A stretch of 64,000 nucleotides of DNA, taken from Bdellovibrionales bacterium (lineage in GTDB: Bacteria > Bdellovibrionota > Bdellovibrionia > Bdellovibrionales > UBA1609). The notes under the pieces were generated by a model. The model was not told the DNA's origin. It did no database searches and saw only the letters and a list, made by a program, of their open reading frames with translations. Numbering within the stretch: position 1 is the stretch's first letter; every line of letters begins with the position of its first letter. This document shows, one piece after another, positions 50,171 through 58,715 of this stretch. The stretch covers positions 1-64,000 of the forward strand of contig DAHVQG010000001.1 of assembly GCA_027317865.1 (NCBI GenBank). Direction: 5' to 3'. The position numbers and the translations under genes were made by a program.

Positions 50171-51871
50171 ATGATGACGAGCGTGGCGACAAATACAAAT
50201 CTTCTATCACTTGGCAAAATGCCCATCTCGGGCAAGCAGTCGCCAGGTTCGCTTTTGTCACAACTAGCTGGCAAAAATGTATTTTCGTTTAATAAGCAGC
50301 TGGACGCATTTAACAAAGAATTCGATGCCACAGCTAAGAATTTTGATATTGCGCCAAAAAAGCTTTTCACTTCAATTCTGACCGGGGTCGATAAAAATCT
50401 CGACCAAAGTCGCCAAATGGCGATGGCCATTTTTTTGAAAAAAATGAAATCTGAGTTCGGTATAAAGCCGGATCAGATTTTAAAGGCATTTTCTAAACTT
50501 TCGCTTCACGATTTATCGCGTCCGCCTAAAGAGACGGAAGATCAATTCATCTCGCAGTTCAAACTCAGCCACAAAGATGCTCTTAAAGCTCGTACTCTCT
50601 ACTGCAAGTTACTCGGCATTCTCTCGACGGTCGATGTTATGCAAACCCGGGTGACGGATATGGATCGCAAGTTGGCGAATCCAGCTTCTCGCACGCCCGC
50701 TGAAATTTTGGCTGCTCCGGCAATGACGGCGGCTTCATTAGCTCCGACGTCAATTGCGTCGACGACTGCAGCAAAAACTGCATTGATCGCAAAATCGGCA
50801 GCCGTGCCGTTACATGCTTTATCGACGCCGTTATTAAAACCAAATTCGGCCGCTACACCGACCGAGGCGGATAGCCAAAAAACGCAGGCGTCACAGGTTC
50901 AGGTCGCGCAACAGCCCATCGCACAAAAATCGGCCACGGCAGCATCAGTTACTCAAATGCCAGCTGCACCCCAAGCGGCAGTGGTACCTGCCGCCTATTC
51001 AAATGCTAAATCTTTTGAACCAGAGTCAAAAATCGCGAGTGAGCCAAAGGTGGAATCAGCGGTAACGCAACCAGAAGTTAGTACCAACGCGGCAACTGTA
51101 ACACCGGTAGCGGTGACACCGTCAGCCGCGACTGCGGCGGGGGCGGCCACAACAGTAGCTGGAACAACAGCGGCGGCAGCGACGGCGGCAAAAATCGCAA
51201 AATTTACTCCTTTTGATCGAAGCAGCACCAAAGGTGATCATACCGGCCATTCGGACGTCGATGGCAATTCACAAAACCAATCTCACTTAGCGGCAGCGAC
51301 GGGCATTCAATCGGCGCCACCTGTAAGCGTTTCAAACACAAAAGCAAGTTCTGCGCCAATCGCTTCACCAACCGATATAAAAAATAATGTACAGGAACTG
51401 GCTCTGGGTGCGCAGTTTCTTGCCCATAAGGGCGGCGGCGAGATGAATGTTAAGCTGTCCCCCGAAGGTCTTGGGAGCGTACATGTTAAAGTAAACATGA
51501 ATAATGGGCGGCTTAGCGTTGAAATGCTTGCGGCCAATGACGGCGCCAAGCAGGTGATTGAAAAAGGACTTAACGATCTTAAAGTCGCGTTAGCAACACA
51601 TCGTCTCCGCGTCGATACAATTCGCGTCGATACGCTTAAAGATATGGCTCAACAGTTTCTCAATCAGCATCAACATGAAATGGAACGTGGCTTTCAACAA
51701 CAATTTTTAAATAACTTTACGGAACAGAATGGCTCTGATCGACAATCAATGTTCGATTTTACTGAACCGTCGATTCCGACAAGTCAAACTCAGGGTCGTG
51801 CATCGAATTCGCGGTATTCGGTGGCGAGTACGGGAATAAAATCAAACCGCAGATTGGACTTGGTGGCATAA
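50171..51871 (+). CDS. fliK: Flagellar hook-length control protein FliK
   Basis: A/T/P-rich linker; C-terminal LSPEGLGSVHV domain; precedes flgD. Confidence 0.88.
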   Translation: MMTSVATNTNLLSLGKMPISGKQSPGSLLSQLAGKNVFSFNKQLDAFNKEFDATAKNFDIAPKKLFTSILTGVDKNLDQSRQMAMAIFLKKMKSEFGIKPDQILKAFSKLSLHDLSRPPKETEDQFISQFKLSHKDALKARTLYCKLLGILSTVDVMQTRVTDMDRKLANPASRTPAEILAAPAMTAASLAPTSIASTTAAKTALIAKSAAVPLHALSTPLLKPNSAATPTEADSQKTQASQVQVAQQPIAQKSATAASVTQMPAAPQAAVVPAAYSNAKSFEPESKIASEPKVESAVTQPEVSTNAATVTPVAVTPSAATAAGAATTVAGTTAAAATAAKIAKFTPFDRSSTKGDHTGHSDVDGNSQNQSHLAAATGIQSAPPVSVSNTKASSAPIASPTDIKNNVQELALGAQFLAHKGGGEMNVKLSPEGLGSVHVKVNMNNGRLSVEMLAANDGAKQVIEKGLNDLKVALATHRLRVDTIRVDTLKDMAQQFLNQHQHEMERGFQQQFLNNFTEQNGSDRQSMFDFTEPSIPTSQTQGRASNSRYSVASTGIKSNRRLDLVA

Positions 51872-52828
51872 ATGATTAATACCACACTGACCACAAGAGC
51901 ATGGGCGCCTGATAAACAAGAAAGTTCCCTAAAACAAAGCGATACGCAAACTATGACGCCGCAAGAAGAAAAAAAGCTTCTGGGTGGCGAAAGCTTCGGC
52001 ACCTACCTGAATAAAATTGCAAACCCACACTGGAAGAGCCCGTCGAAAATTCAAAGTTACGGCGACAATAAACTCGATAAAAATGCGTTTATGAAATTGT
52101 TTTTAGCCCAGCTTAAAAACCAAGATCCCACGAACCCGATGAAAAGCCATCAACTTGCAGCGGAATTGGCACAATTTACGTCACTCGAAAAATTAACGAA
52201 CATCAATACGGCAATCGATTCGATGTCGAAGAAAAACGACGAAAACTCCCGGTTCGACGCCTTGGCTTTGATCGGCAAAGGTATATCGGGTGACTCTTCG
52301 AATATCGACCGAATGAGCATGACGGGTAAAAATGAAATTCAATTTCAATTATTAGCGCCCGCAACTCACGTTGTTTTTTCGATTCAAAACTCAAGCGGCC
52401 AAGAAGTTAAAAAACTGGTCGCCAAAAACTTGAAGTCCGGGCCAAATAAAATTCTATGGAACGGTCTTCTTGACAGCGGCGTACCCGCTCCAGAGGGTCA
52501 ATACCACGTTGTCATTACCGCAGAAAACGGGGCGGGGCAAAAAGTTGGCGTTCAAACTTCGTTCCGTGGAGTCGTCAGCGGCGTCAATTTTACTCCGAAC
52601 GGGCCGATTTTGATGATGGGTAATCAAGCGGTGAAACTCAAAAACGTGCAGCAAATTTTCGATCTCAATCCGGCGCATGACAATATCCCGCTTGCCAAAA
52701 CAAAATCACTAAAGGCAAAAAGCGACGGTAAGCCGATCGCAACCGCACCCAAAATGAGCGGTGACTTGCAGCATGTGGGGATGAGCCAGGGTTTGATAAA
52801 TAAAATTGGCAAAGAAGAAGCGGACTAA
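51872..52828 (+). CDS. flgD: Flagellar hook capping protein FlgD
   Basis: FMKLFLAQLKNQDPTNPM..LAQFTSLE; FlgD Ig-like domain (WNG..APEGQY). Confidence 0.95.
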   Translation: MINTTLTTRAWAPDKQESSLKQSDTQTMTPQEEKKLLGGESFGTYLNKIANPHWKSPSKIQSYGDNKLDKNAFMKLFLAQLKNQDPTNPMKSHQLAAELAQFTSLEKLTNINTAIDSMSKKNDENSRFDALALIGKGISGDSSNIDRMSMTGKNEIQFQLLAPATHVVFSIQNSSGQEVKKLVAKNLKSGPNKILWNGLLDSGVPAPEGQYHVVITAENGAGQKVGVQTSFRGVVSGVNFTPNGPILMMGNQAVKLKNVQQIFDLNPAHDNIPLAKTKSLKAKSDGKPIATAPKMSGDLQHVGMSQGLINKIGKEEAD

Positions 52829-52841
52829 ACAAGGATAACGG

Positions 52842-52860
52842 GCGTGTTTAAATAACACGC
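52842..52860. other. Short perfect hairpin just upstream of the RBS of the TIGR02530-type gene
   Basis: GCGTGTT-TAAAT-AACACGC. Confidence 0.5.
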
Positions 52861-52882
52861 GCTAGAGGAGGTGAGACAATAA

Positions 52883-53338
52883 ATGAATATTGAATTTTGG
52901 CGGCACGAATCGCCACACGTCGGCACCAATACGAACGTGAAAGGGATTTCAAGCGCCGAGAACATTGCGAGCGGCAAATCTAAAGATGCGGTCAAAGGTG
53001 AAAACTTTGAAGCGATGATCAGTAAATTAGATAAAGCCGATAATGCATTGGCGGCAAAAGAAGCCAAGGTTGAACCGGGTGCGCCAGTACTGAAATTTTC
53101 AAATCATGCAGTCGAGAGAATGAGCGCGCGGGGAATTCATTTCACTCCTCATGAAATTACAGAAATGGAATTCGCGGCAAAAAAGGCGGCGGCAAAGGGC
53201 AGTAAAGATGCTCTGATGATTACAAAAAACAGTGCGGCGATCGTAAGTTTAAAAAACAATACGGTAGTGACCGTGGTGGACCGAAACGCGCTAAAGAATA
53301 ACGTGTTTACAAATATTGATGCGACGATTTTTATTTAA
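52883..53338 (+). CDS. Flagellar operon protein (TIGR02530/Flagellar_put family)
   Basis: LKFSNHAVERMSARGI, AAAKGSKDAL, IVSLKNNTVVTVVD, NVFTNIDA; located between flgD and flgE. Confidence 0.9.
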   Translation: MNIEFWRHESPHVGTNTNVKGISSAENIASGKSKDAVKGENFEAMISKLDKADNALAAKEAKVEPGAPVLKFSNHAVERMSARGIHFTPHEITEMEFAAKKAAAKGSKDALMITKNSAAIVSLKNNTVVTVVDRNALKNNVFTNIDATIFI

Positions 53339-53342
53339 ACAA

Positions 53343-53440
53343 AAGGGCTGGTCCTCTTTGAGGGGGCCCTTCATCACGCTGATGGTCTTCAAGCCGACCG
53401 ATTGACGCTTGAAAGATGTTCGGCGAAAAAACATGGAGGT
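53343..53440 (+). ncRNA. Putative structured cis-regulatory RNA in the flgE leader
   Basis: Stem AAGGGC/GCCCTT enclosing CCTC-TTT-GAGG; hairpin CATCA-CGC-TGATG; stem TTCAAGC/GCTTGAA with loop CGACCGATTGAC; ATGTT/AACAT stem abutting the GGAGG RBS. Confidence 0.6.
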
Positions 53441-53445
53441 TTTTT

Positions 53446-54738
53446 ATGGGAGTCTTATCCGCTCTATATACCGGTGTATCCGGTCTCGAGGCACAGGGGC
53501 AAGCCCTCGGGGTCATTGGCGACAACATCGCAAATGCCGACACGACAGGATTCAAAGCATCGCGGGCCGAATTTGATTCAATGATCGCCAAAAGCCTAAA
53601 AGGTATCTTGGGTGGTAACCAAATCGGGCGAGGTGTTAAGATTGGGGCTGTTGATCCGATATTGGTTCAAGGTAATACTGTTTCAACGGACAGCGCAACC
53701 GATCTGGCGATTTCTGGCGACGGCTATTTTTGCTTACACGGATCGGGTGGTGATTCGTTTACACGCGACGGGGCGTTTCACTTTGATCGCAACGGGTATC
53801 TTGTAACCGACGACGATCAACGCGTGCAAGGGTTTCAAACGGATTCGCGCGGCGCTATAGTCAATAAGCTTGGGGATATTAAATTCCCGCATGCGTTAGT
53901 TCCGGCCAAGGCGACGGCGAAAATTAAATTGAGTTTAAACCTCGATTCGCGAATCGGTGTCGGGCATAAACTTAAAGTATTTAATGTAAAACATCCTTAT
54001 GAAAGTTCTGATTTTGCGACAGGTGTTGAGATGTACGACTCGCAAGGTAACCGCCACTTGGTGACGTTGTTCTTTAACAAAATTGGCAATCGCACGTGGG
54101 AGTATCGCGGTATGTGCGACGGCAAAGAAGTCACGGGCGGCGTGCCAGGTAAAATGAAACAAGTTGTCGGTGGAACTCTCACGTTTACCGTTGACGGCAA
54201 ACTTCAGAGCGATAAAGAGACAATGTCGGCGTTTAATTTCAAAGGCGGCGCGCTTCAAAATCAAAAGGTGCAGCTGTATTTTGGCGACGCCATCGATAAG
54301 GGCGGCACAGGTCTAAAAGGGACAAAACAGTACGGTCGAGAAAGTGATCTGCTCAGTTGGTCGCAAAACGGCTCTTCAGCCGGTACGATTGTTAACTTGT
54401 CGTTCAACGACCAGGGTATTCTTACAGCCCTGTATTCGAACGGAACTACGCAAAACTTGGCACAAGTTGCCCTGGCGAAGTTTGAAGATCCTGAGGCGCT
54501 TTTCAAGGTGGGTGATAACCGGTTAAAAGAAGCCCGCGATTCCGGACCAGCTTCGATCGGTAAACCGAATCACGCTGGCCGCGGCAAAGTGTACGCAAAG
54601 TCGCTCGAACGATCGACAGTGGATTTGGCCAATCAGTTTGTAAAACTCATAGAAAATGAACGCGGGTTTCAAGCTAACGCCAAAGTAATTACGACCACAG
54701 ACCAACTTCTCAGCGACGTGATTAACCTCAAGCGGTAA
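53446..54738 (+). CDS. flgE: Flagellar hook protein FlgE
   Basis: LYTGVSGL..IGDNIANADTTGFK, DLAISGDGYF, LERSTVDLA, RGFQANAKVITT; GGAGG RBS favours ATG 53446. Confidence 0.97.
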   Translation: MGVLSALYTGVSGLEAQGQALGVIGDNIANADTTGFKASRAEFDSMIAKSLKGILGGNQIGRGVKIGAVDPILVQGNTVSTDSATDLAISGDGYFCLHGSGGDSFTRDGAFHFDRNGYLVTDDDQRVQGFQTDSRGAIVNKLGDIKFPHALVPAKATAKIKLSLNLDSRIGVGHKLKVFNVKHPYESSDFATGVEMYDSQGNRHLVTLFFNKIGNRTWEYRGMCDGKEVTGGVPGKMKQVVGGTLTFTVDGKLQSDKETMSAFNFKGGALQNQKVQLYFGDAIDKGGTGLKGTKQYGRESDLLSWSQNGSSAGTIVNLSFNDQGILTALYSNGTTQNLAQVALAKFEDPEALFKVGDNRLKEARDSGPASIGKPNHAGRGKVYAKSLERSTVDLANQFVKLIENERGFQANAKVITTTDQLLSDVINLKR

Positions 54739-54768
54739 TCTGAAACATTAAACAGTAAATTAAGCACA

Positions 54769-54790
54769 AGGGGCTCGGGAACGGGCCCCT
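54769..54790. terminator. GC-rich hairpin between convergent genes (terminator-like)
   Basis: AGGGGCTCG-GGAA-CGGGCCCCT. Confidence 0.65.
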
Positions 54791-55769
54791 AGTCGTATTC
54801 GCTGAGTTGATTTTTCAAATTTTCAATTTCCGATTGATTGGGATTCGACTTTTTCTCTTCGGCGGCAATCTTTGCTTTTAATTCGCGCGCTTGCGCAAGA
54901 TCGAATGCTAAGCGGCGCGCATAATCTTTTTTAAAAGCGGTCTCTTCTTCGCGAGGTTGAAACACTCGCGAAAGATTTGAAACAGTGTTGTGAAAATTGG
55001 AACACGCAGCCGGCAACTTCGGCACGGCCATTGCAAAGTAGCACATTGAATAGGCGGTCAACGCCGAAAAGACAAGCCGCTTGGTCTTTTCTAAATAATA
55101 TTTTGCAACTACCGCCGATTGATAACGCCGCCCAATAATATTTGATAGGGTTTGCGCTCCTTGATTTTGCCAGACTTGATAATCCCGAAGATTGGGTTGC
55201 AAACTTCGCGGTGAACGCCATAATTTTTCGGCAACTCTTTTTGGCAGCAACTTTTGGGCGGTAAGTAACGGAAGGTGATCGAGGAGCATGTACATTTGCT
55301 CGTTTAGTTGCTGAATCTGTAGCAGCCCGGAAGTTGGCATTGGGGTCTCGCGTTTTGGTAAGCTCCAAAACCAAGTTTGCATTTGAAGTGTGTAGAGCGC
55401 GCCGGCGGTTTGCCAAACCGCAAGTTGTCGATCGTATTCGCTCATTTGCGGTCGGGTTCGCTCGACGAGTATTTTTTCTTTTCTAAACCGCGAAATGAAA
55501 CTCTGTGCAAATAACTGCCAAGGTTTTCGCCGCCGCTGTTTTATGACGTGAATTTGGCCCGAATCGAGTTCATCGGTGATTCGAAAGAGCCCGAGGTGAT
55601 GTATAAATTCGATCGGCCGAAAACGTTGTTCAGTCCAAGTGACTGGTGCCGCTGAAATAATGTCGTAACAACTTTCAATCTTCGGCGCGGGAGAGCCGTC
55701 GGCGTTTGCCGCACCGAAGATAGCGATTACGATCGCGATTAAAAAAGCAAATGCGCCATACCGATTCAT
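54789..55769 (-). CDS. Hypothetical exported/membrane protein with C-terminal coiled coil
   Basis: Signal peptide (ANA), internal hydrophobic segment, charged helical tail. Confidence 0.65.
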   Translation of the reverse strand: MNRYGAFAFLIAIVIAIFGAANADGSPAPKIESCYDIISAAPVTWTEQRFRPIEFIHHLGLFRITDELDSGQIHVIKQRRRKPWQLFAQSFISRFRKEKILVERTRPQMSEYDRQLAVWQTAGALYTLQMQTWFWSLPKRETPMPTSGLLQIQQLNEQMYMLLDHLPLLTAQKLLPKRVAEKLWRSPRSLQPNLRDYQVWQNQGAQTLSNIIGRRYQSAVVAKYYLEKTKRLVFSALTAYSMCYFAMAVPKLPAACSNFHNTVSNLSRVFQPREEETAFKKDYARRLAFDLAQARELKAKIAAEEKKSNPNQSEIENLKNQLSEYD

Positions 55770-55778
55770 TTGGGGGGC

Positions 55779-56747
55779 TTAGCGGCTTGGCGTTGGAGTG
55801 CTTTCGTAACATACGGAATCACTCCGAACGTCAGTAATATATAATTTGTTTTTAATCGCATCCCAGGTTCGATCAAAAGCGCATTTAATGCCATGCCCAG
55901 CGACTTGCATCCCGCTCTTTGTGTCGCCGACAGCCTGATTTGTGGCCGTTGCCGTATTACTTTTAACCAAATCGACAAGAGAGTGCCAGGTTAATCCTTC
56001 GCCGGTGTTCGTGATGTTGTCGATGGCCATAAATGGAACTTGAACTTCAGCAACCGGCTCGCTGTTATTGTAGTCAAGCATGGCGATGACGGCGCGGCTC
56101 CCGTGAAAATTGGTCAACCAAGATCCACCGATTGACCCTTTGCTTGTTCGAAGGGCCGTGCGAAACGGGTAATCCCACTCGCCGCTAATTCCTGTGTAAA
56201 AGCCGTTCAACGAATTGATGTCTTTTACGGCATTGGGAGTCGTCGTATAGAAAACGATCAGACCTAGCTGGACATCCGCAGGAGGTGAGCGTTTGCCAAA
56301 AGCATAAGTCGGTGCGATTGGAACTAAATTGAAAAACGGCGTTAGGCCAGGGCCGGTTTGACTAAATGAAAAAAAGCTAGCTCCGAAGCCCATGCGAAAG
56401 GCCGTAGACATATTTTTTACCGGAAGTGGAATGTTGAAATCGGGCGCGACAAACAAACCAAGCCCCCATACGACATAATTCGGACCGAGCGCGTGTATAC
56501 CGGAATAAATCTGCGGAACGATTTCTCGGCAAATATGTGCTTCTTTTTCAAGCGCCAGAACGTTAATGGGCTGCTTCAATGTCGCCGCTTTTCTGTTAAT
56601 TAAATCGGTAAGAGCCTGGCAGGCTGCCAACGATTCAACTTTTACGACTGGGTGTAACGACTGTTTTGTAACGGTAGCGGCTTTGGCGAAAGCACTCAGT
56701 GAAAGGGCCGCTAAAAATGCCGCAATAGTATCCGCGTACGGGCGCAT
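55779..56747 (-). CDS. Exported hypothetical protein
   Basis: GGAGGA RBS before MRPYAD; signal peptide (AKA); Gly/aromatic beta-rich core; sigma54 motif upstream. Confidence 0.7.
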   Translation of the reverse strand: MRPYADTIAAFLAALSLSAFAKAATVTKQSLHPVVKVESLAACQALTDLINRKAATLKQPINVLALEKEAHICREIVPQIYSGIHALGPNYVVWGLGLFVAPDFNIPLPVKNMSTAFRMGFGASFFSFSQTGPGLTPFFNLVPIAPTYAFGKRSPPADVQLGLIVFYTTTPNAVKDINSLNGFYTGISGEWDYPFRTALRTSKGSIGGSWLTNFHGSRAVIAMLDYNNSEPVAEVQVPFMAIDNITNTGEGLTWHSLVDLVKSNTATATNQAVGDTKSGMQVAGHGIKCAFDRTWDAIKNKLYITDVRSDSVCYESTPTPSR

Positions 56748-56791
56748 GACGTCCTCCAATAATTAAGGTGCATAAGCGTTTTTGTGAACAC

Positions 56792-56807
56792 TGCAATCTA
56801 TTGGCCA
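56792..56807 (-). promoter_or_regulatory. Putative sigma54 promoter
   Basis: Minus strand TGGCCAATAGATTGCA = GG-N10-GC. Confidence 0.6.
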
Positions 56808-56914
56808 TACGTCAGAACGAACTCAGTCGATGAAGAAGTATCGGTTTTGCCGAAGTCCGTCACTTGATTTGAATTTGCTACAGACTTCGCCGTGAGAAGG
56901 GTTTGAACGAAAAA

Positions 56915-57907
56915 TTAATTCGACAGGATTTTAGCCAGTTCAATTAAACTATGATCGACATGTTTCTTCTTATGAAGGCAGTCTGAAAGTTCACAGGTGA
57001 CCATTTCCTGACCACGCACGCCAATCATGATATCGCACTGTCCGTGCAATATTTCATCCACGGACTTTGCGCCCATCCGACTTGCGAGAAGACGATCCAT
57101 AGCAGTGGGGGCGCCGCCGCGTTGAATGTGACCGAGAACGCAAACTTTTGATTCGAGTCCGGAGCTCTTTCGAATTTCATCAGCGAGATCGTACGCGCGA
57201 CCGGGCTTTGGCCCTTCGGCAGCGACTAAGATAGATGACATTTTACCGCGTGCAATCCCTCGCTTGATGAGTTCAATTGTATGTTTAAGTTCAAACGGAT
57301 GTTCAGGTATAAAAATATCTTCAGCACCGCCCGCTAAACCCGCCGCGACGGCGATAAACCCGGATTCGCGGCCCATAACCTCAATTATAAATAAACGATC
57401 ATGGCTTGCTGCCGTGTCGCGAATCCGGTCGATCGCATCGAGCGCCGTGTTGACTGCGGTGTCAAATCCGATGGTGTATTCTGTGCCGTAAATATCATTG
57501 TCTATAGTTCCGGGTATACCAACCACCGGAATTTGCTGCTCTTGCCACAATAAATTCGCTCCCGTAAATGAGCCATCGCCACCTATGCAGATAAGTCCGT
57601 CGATGCCAAAAGAGCGTAAATTTTCAGCGGCTATTTTTCGATACTTGGCTTCGCGAAATTCCGGGCAACGCCCAGCTTTCAAAATGCTGCCGCCGCGTTG
57701 GATGATATTGGCGACAGAACGTAGCTCCATTTCGTTAAATTCTTTTTTGAGAAAGCCCGTATATCCTTGAACAATCCCGACGACGCGAAGGTTTCGCAAA
57801 ATCGCGGTACGCACAACAGCGCGAATAGCCGCGTTCATGCCGGGGGCGTCGCCACCGCTTGCATAAACGCCGATCGACTTTAAATTTTTAGAATCAAAAT
57901 GCGCCAT
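56915..57907 (-). CDS. pfkA: ATP-dependent 6-phosphofructokinase
   Basis: SGGDAPGMNAAIRAVVR, IGGDGS, PGTIDND, EVMGR, LGHIQRGG. Confidence 0.97.
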   Translation of the reverse strand: MAHFDSKNLKSIGVYASGGDAPGMNAAIRAVVRTAILRNLRVVGIVQGYTGFLKKEFNEMELRSVANIIQRGGSILKAGRCPEFREAKYRKIAAENLRSFGIDGLICIGGDGSFTGANLLWQEQQIPVVGIPGTIDNDIYGTEYTIGFDTAVNTALDAIDRIRDTAASHDRLFIIEVMGRESGFIAVAAGLAGGAEDIFIPEHPFELKHTIELIKRGIARGKMSSILVAAEGPKPGRAYDLADEIRKSSGLESKVCVLGHIQRGGAPTAMDRLLASRMGAKSVDEILHGQCDIMIGVRGQEMVTCELSDCLHKKKHVDHSLIELAKILSN

Positions 57908-57961
57908 GACAGGAGTTCATCGTCGCTGCATGACGAAATTGAGTCAAGCGAGTTCGATGGA

Positions 57962-58594
57962 CTACTGAATTCTGACAGCTGTGCCGGAACCTATAACACC
58001 GTTATCGTAAATGAGCTGCACGCTCGCCGTGCTATTGACTCCCGCAGTTGGTGAACCGTTGACTTGAATTTGCAGTAATCCTCCAGCCGAGTTTACACCA
58101 CCGTACCAACTATACGTGGGCCCGACTGAAATATTGGCTTCAAATCCAGAGTTACTGTTGATCGGATAAAAATTTGCCGAGGCGCTTGGCGCAGCGACAC
58201 CCGCGCCCATGAAGCTCGCGGTAAGAAATTGAATTTGACCCGGCGAAGTACCAGTTGGCGGCGTACTAAAAGTGTCGTCTTCAAGAGTCAGTCGTAAAGT
58301 TGGCTGACCAATCCCAGAGCAGCTGTAACTGCTGCAAACGCCGGCCGCGCTCATAACTTGATCCCAGGCGGCACCATTCGTGACATTAAGTGAAGTCGTT
58401 TGATAAACAGCGGTGTTGGGATTCGCATATGGGGTGCCGTAGCCATAGCCATAAGGGCTATATGGTCCTGCGGTACATCCGGTCGGGCCGCAGTTAGGGT
58501 TGTACGGAGCGTTGCTGTTACTTCCCGTTGAACCGCATCCCATAAGCGAAAACAAAATGGTAAAAGCGGTGAGTGTCAATACAATGGCTTTCAT
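57962..58594 (-). CDS. S/T/G/N-rich lipoprotein of unknown function
   Basis: Lipobox LMGC; GAGGAG RBS; P/Y/G-rich linker followed by a beta domain. Confidence 0.8.
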   Translation of the reverse strand: MKAIVLTLTAFTILFSLMGCGSTGSNSNAPYNPNCGPTGCTAGPYSPYGYGYGTPYANPNTAVYQTTSLNVTNGAAWDQVMSAAGVCSSYSCSGIGQPTLRLTLEDDTFSTPPTGTSPGQIQFLTASFMGAGVAAPSASANFYPINSNSGFEANISVGPTYSWYGGVNSAGGLLQIQVNGSPTAGVNSTASVQLIYDNGVIGSGTAVRIQ

Positions 58595-58623
58595 AGAAAA
58601 GCTCCTCTTCTCAATGAAATCTA

Positions 58624-58640
58624 TTCATAATTTATGCCAA
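58624..58640 (-). promoter_or_regulatory. Possible sigma54 promoter (GA variant at -12)
   Basis: Minus strand TTGGCATAAATTATGAA. Confidence 0.4.
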
Positions 58641-58715
58641 TTTTCGCAGCCACTATACGAGGTTGAAAGTGCTTTTAGATGACAAATTAAGGCTTCAATG
58701 CCAATTTTTGTCTCT

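Noticed and set aside
56838-56867. Additional sigma28-like motifs (minus strand TCAA..ACCGATAC here, TAAA..TCCGACTT near 1708-1737)
   Set aside because: Spacer is 18 nt, inconsistent with the 16-nt spacing of the other sites.
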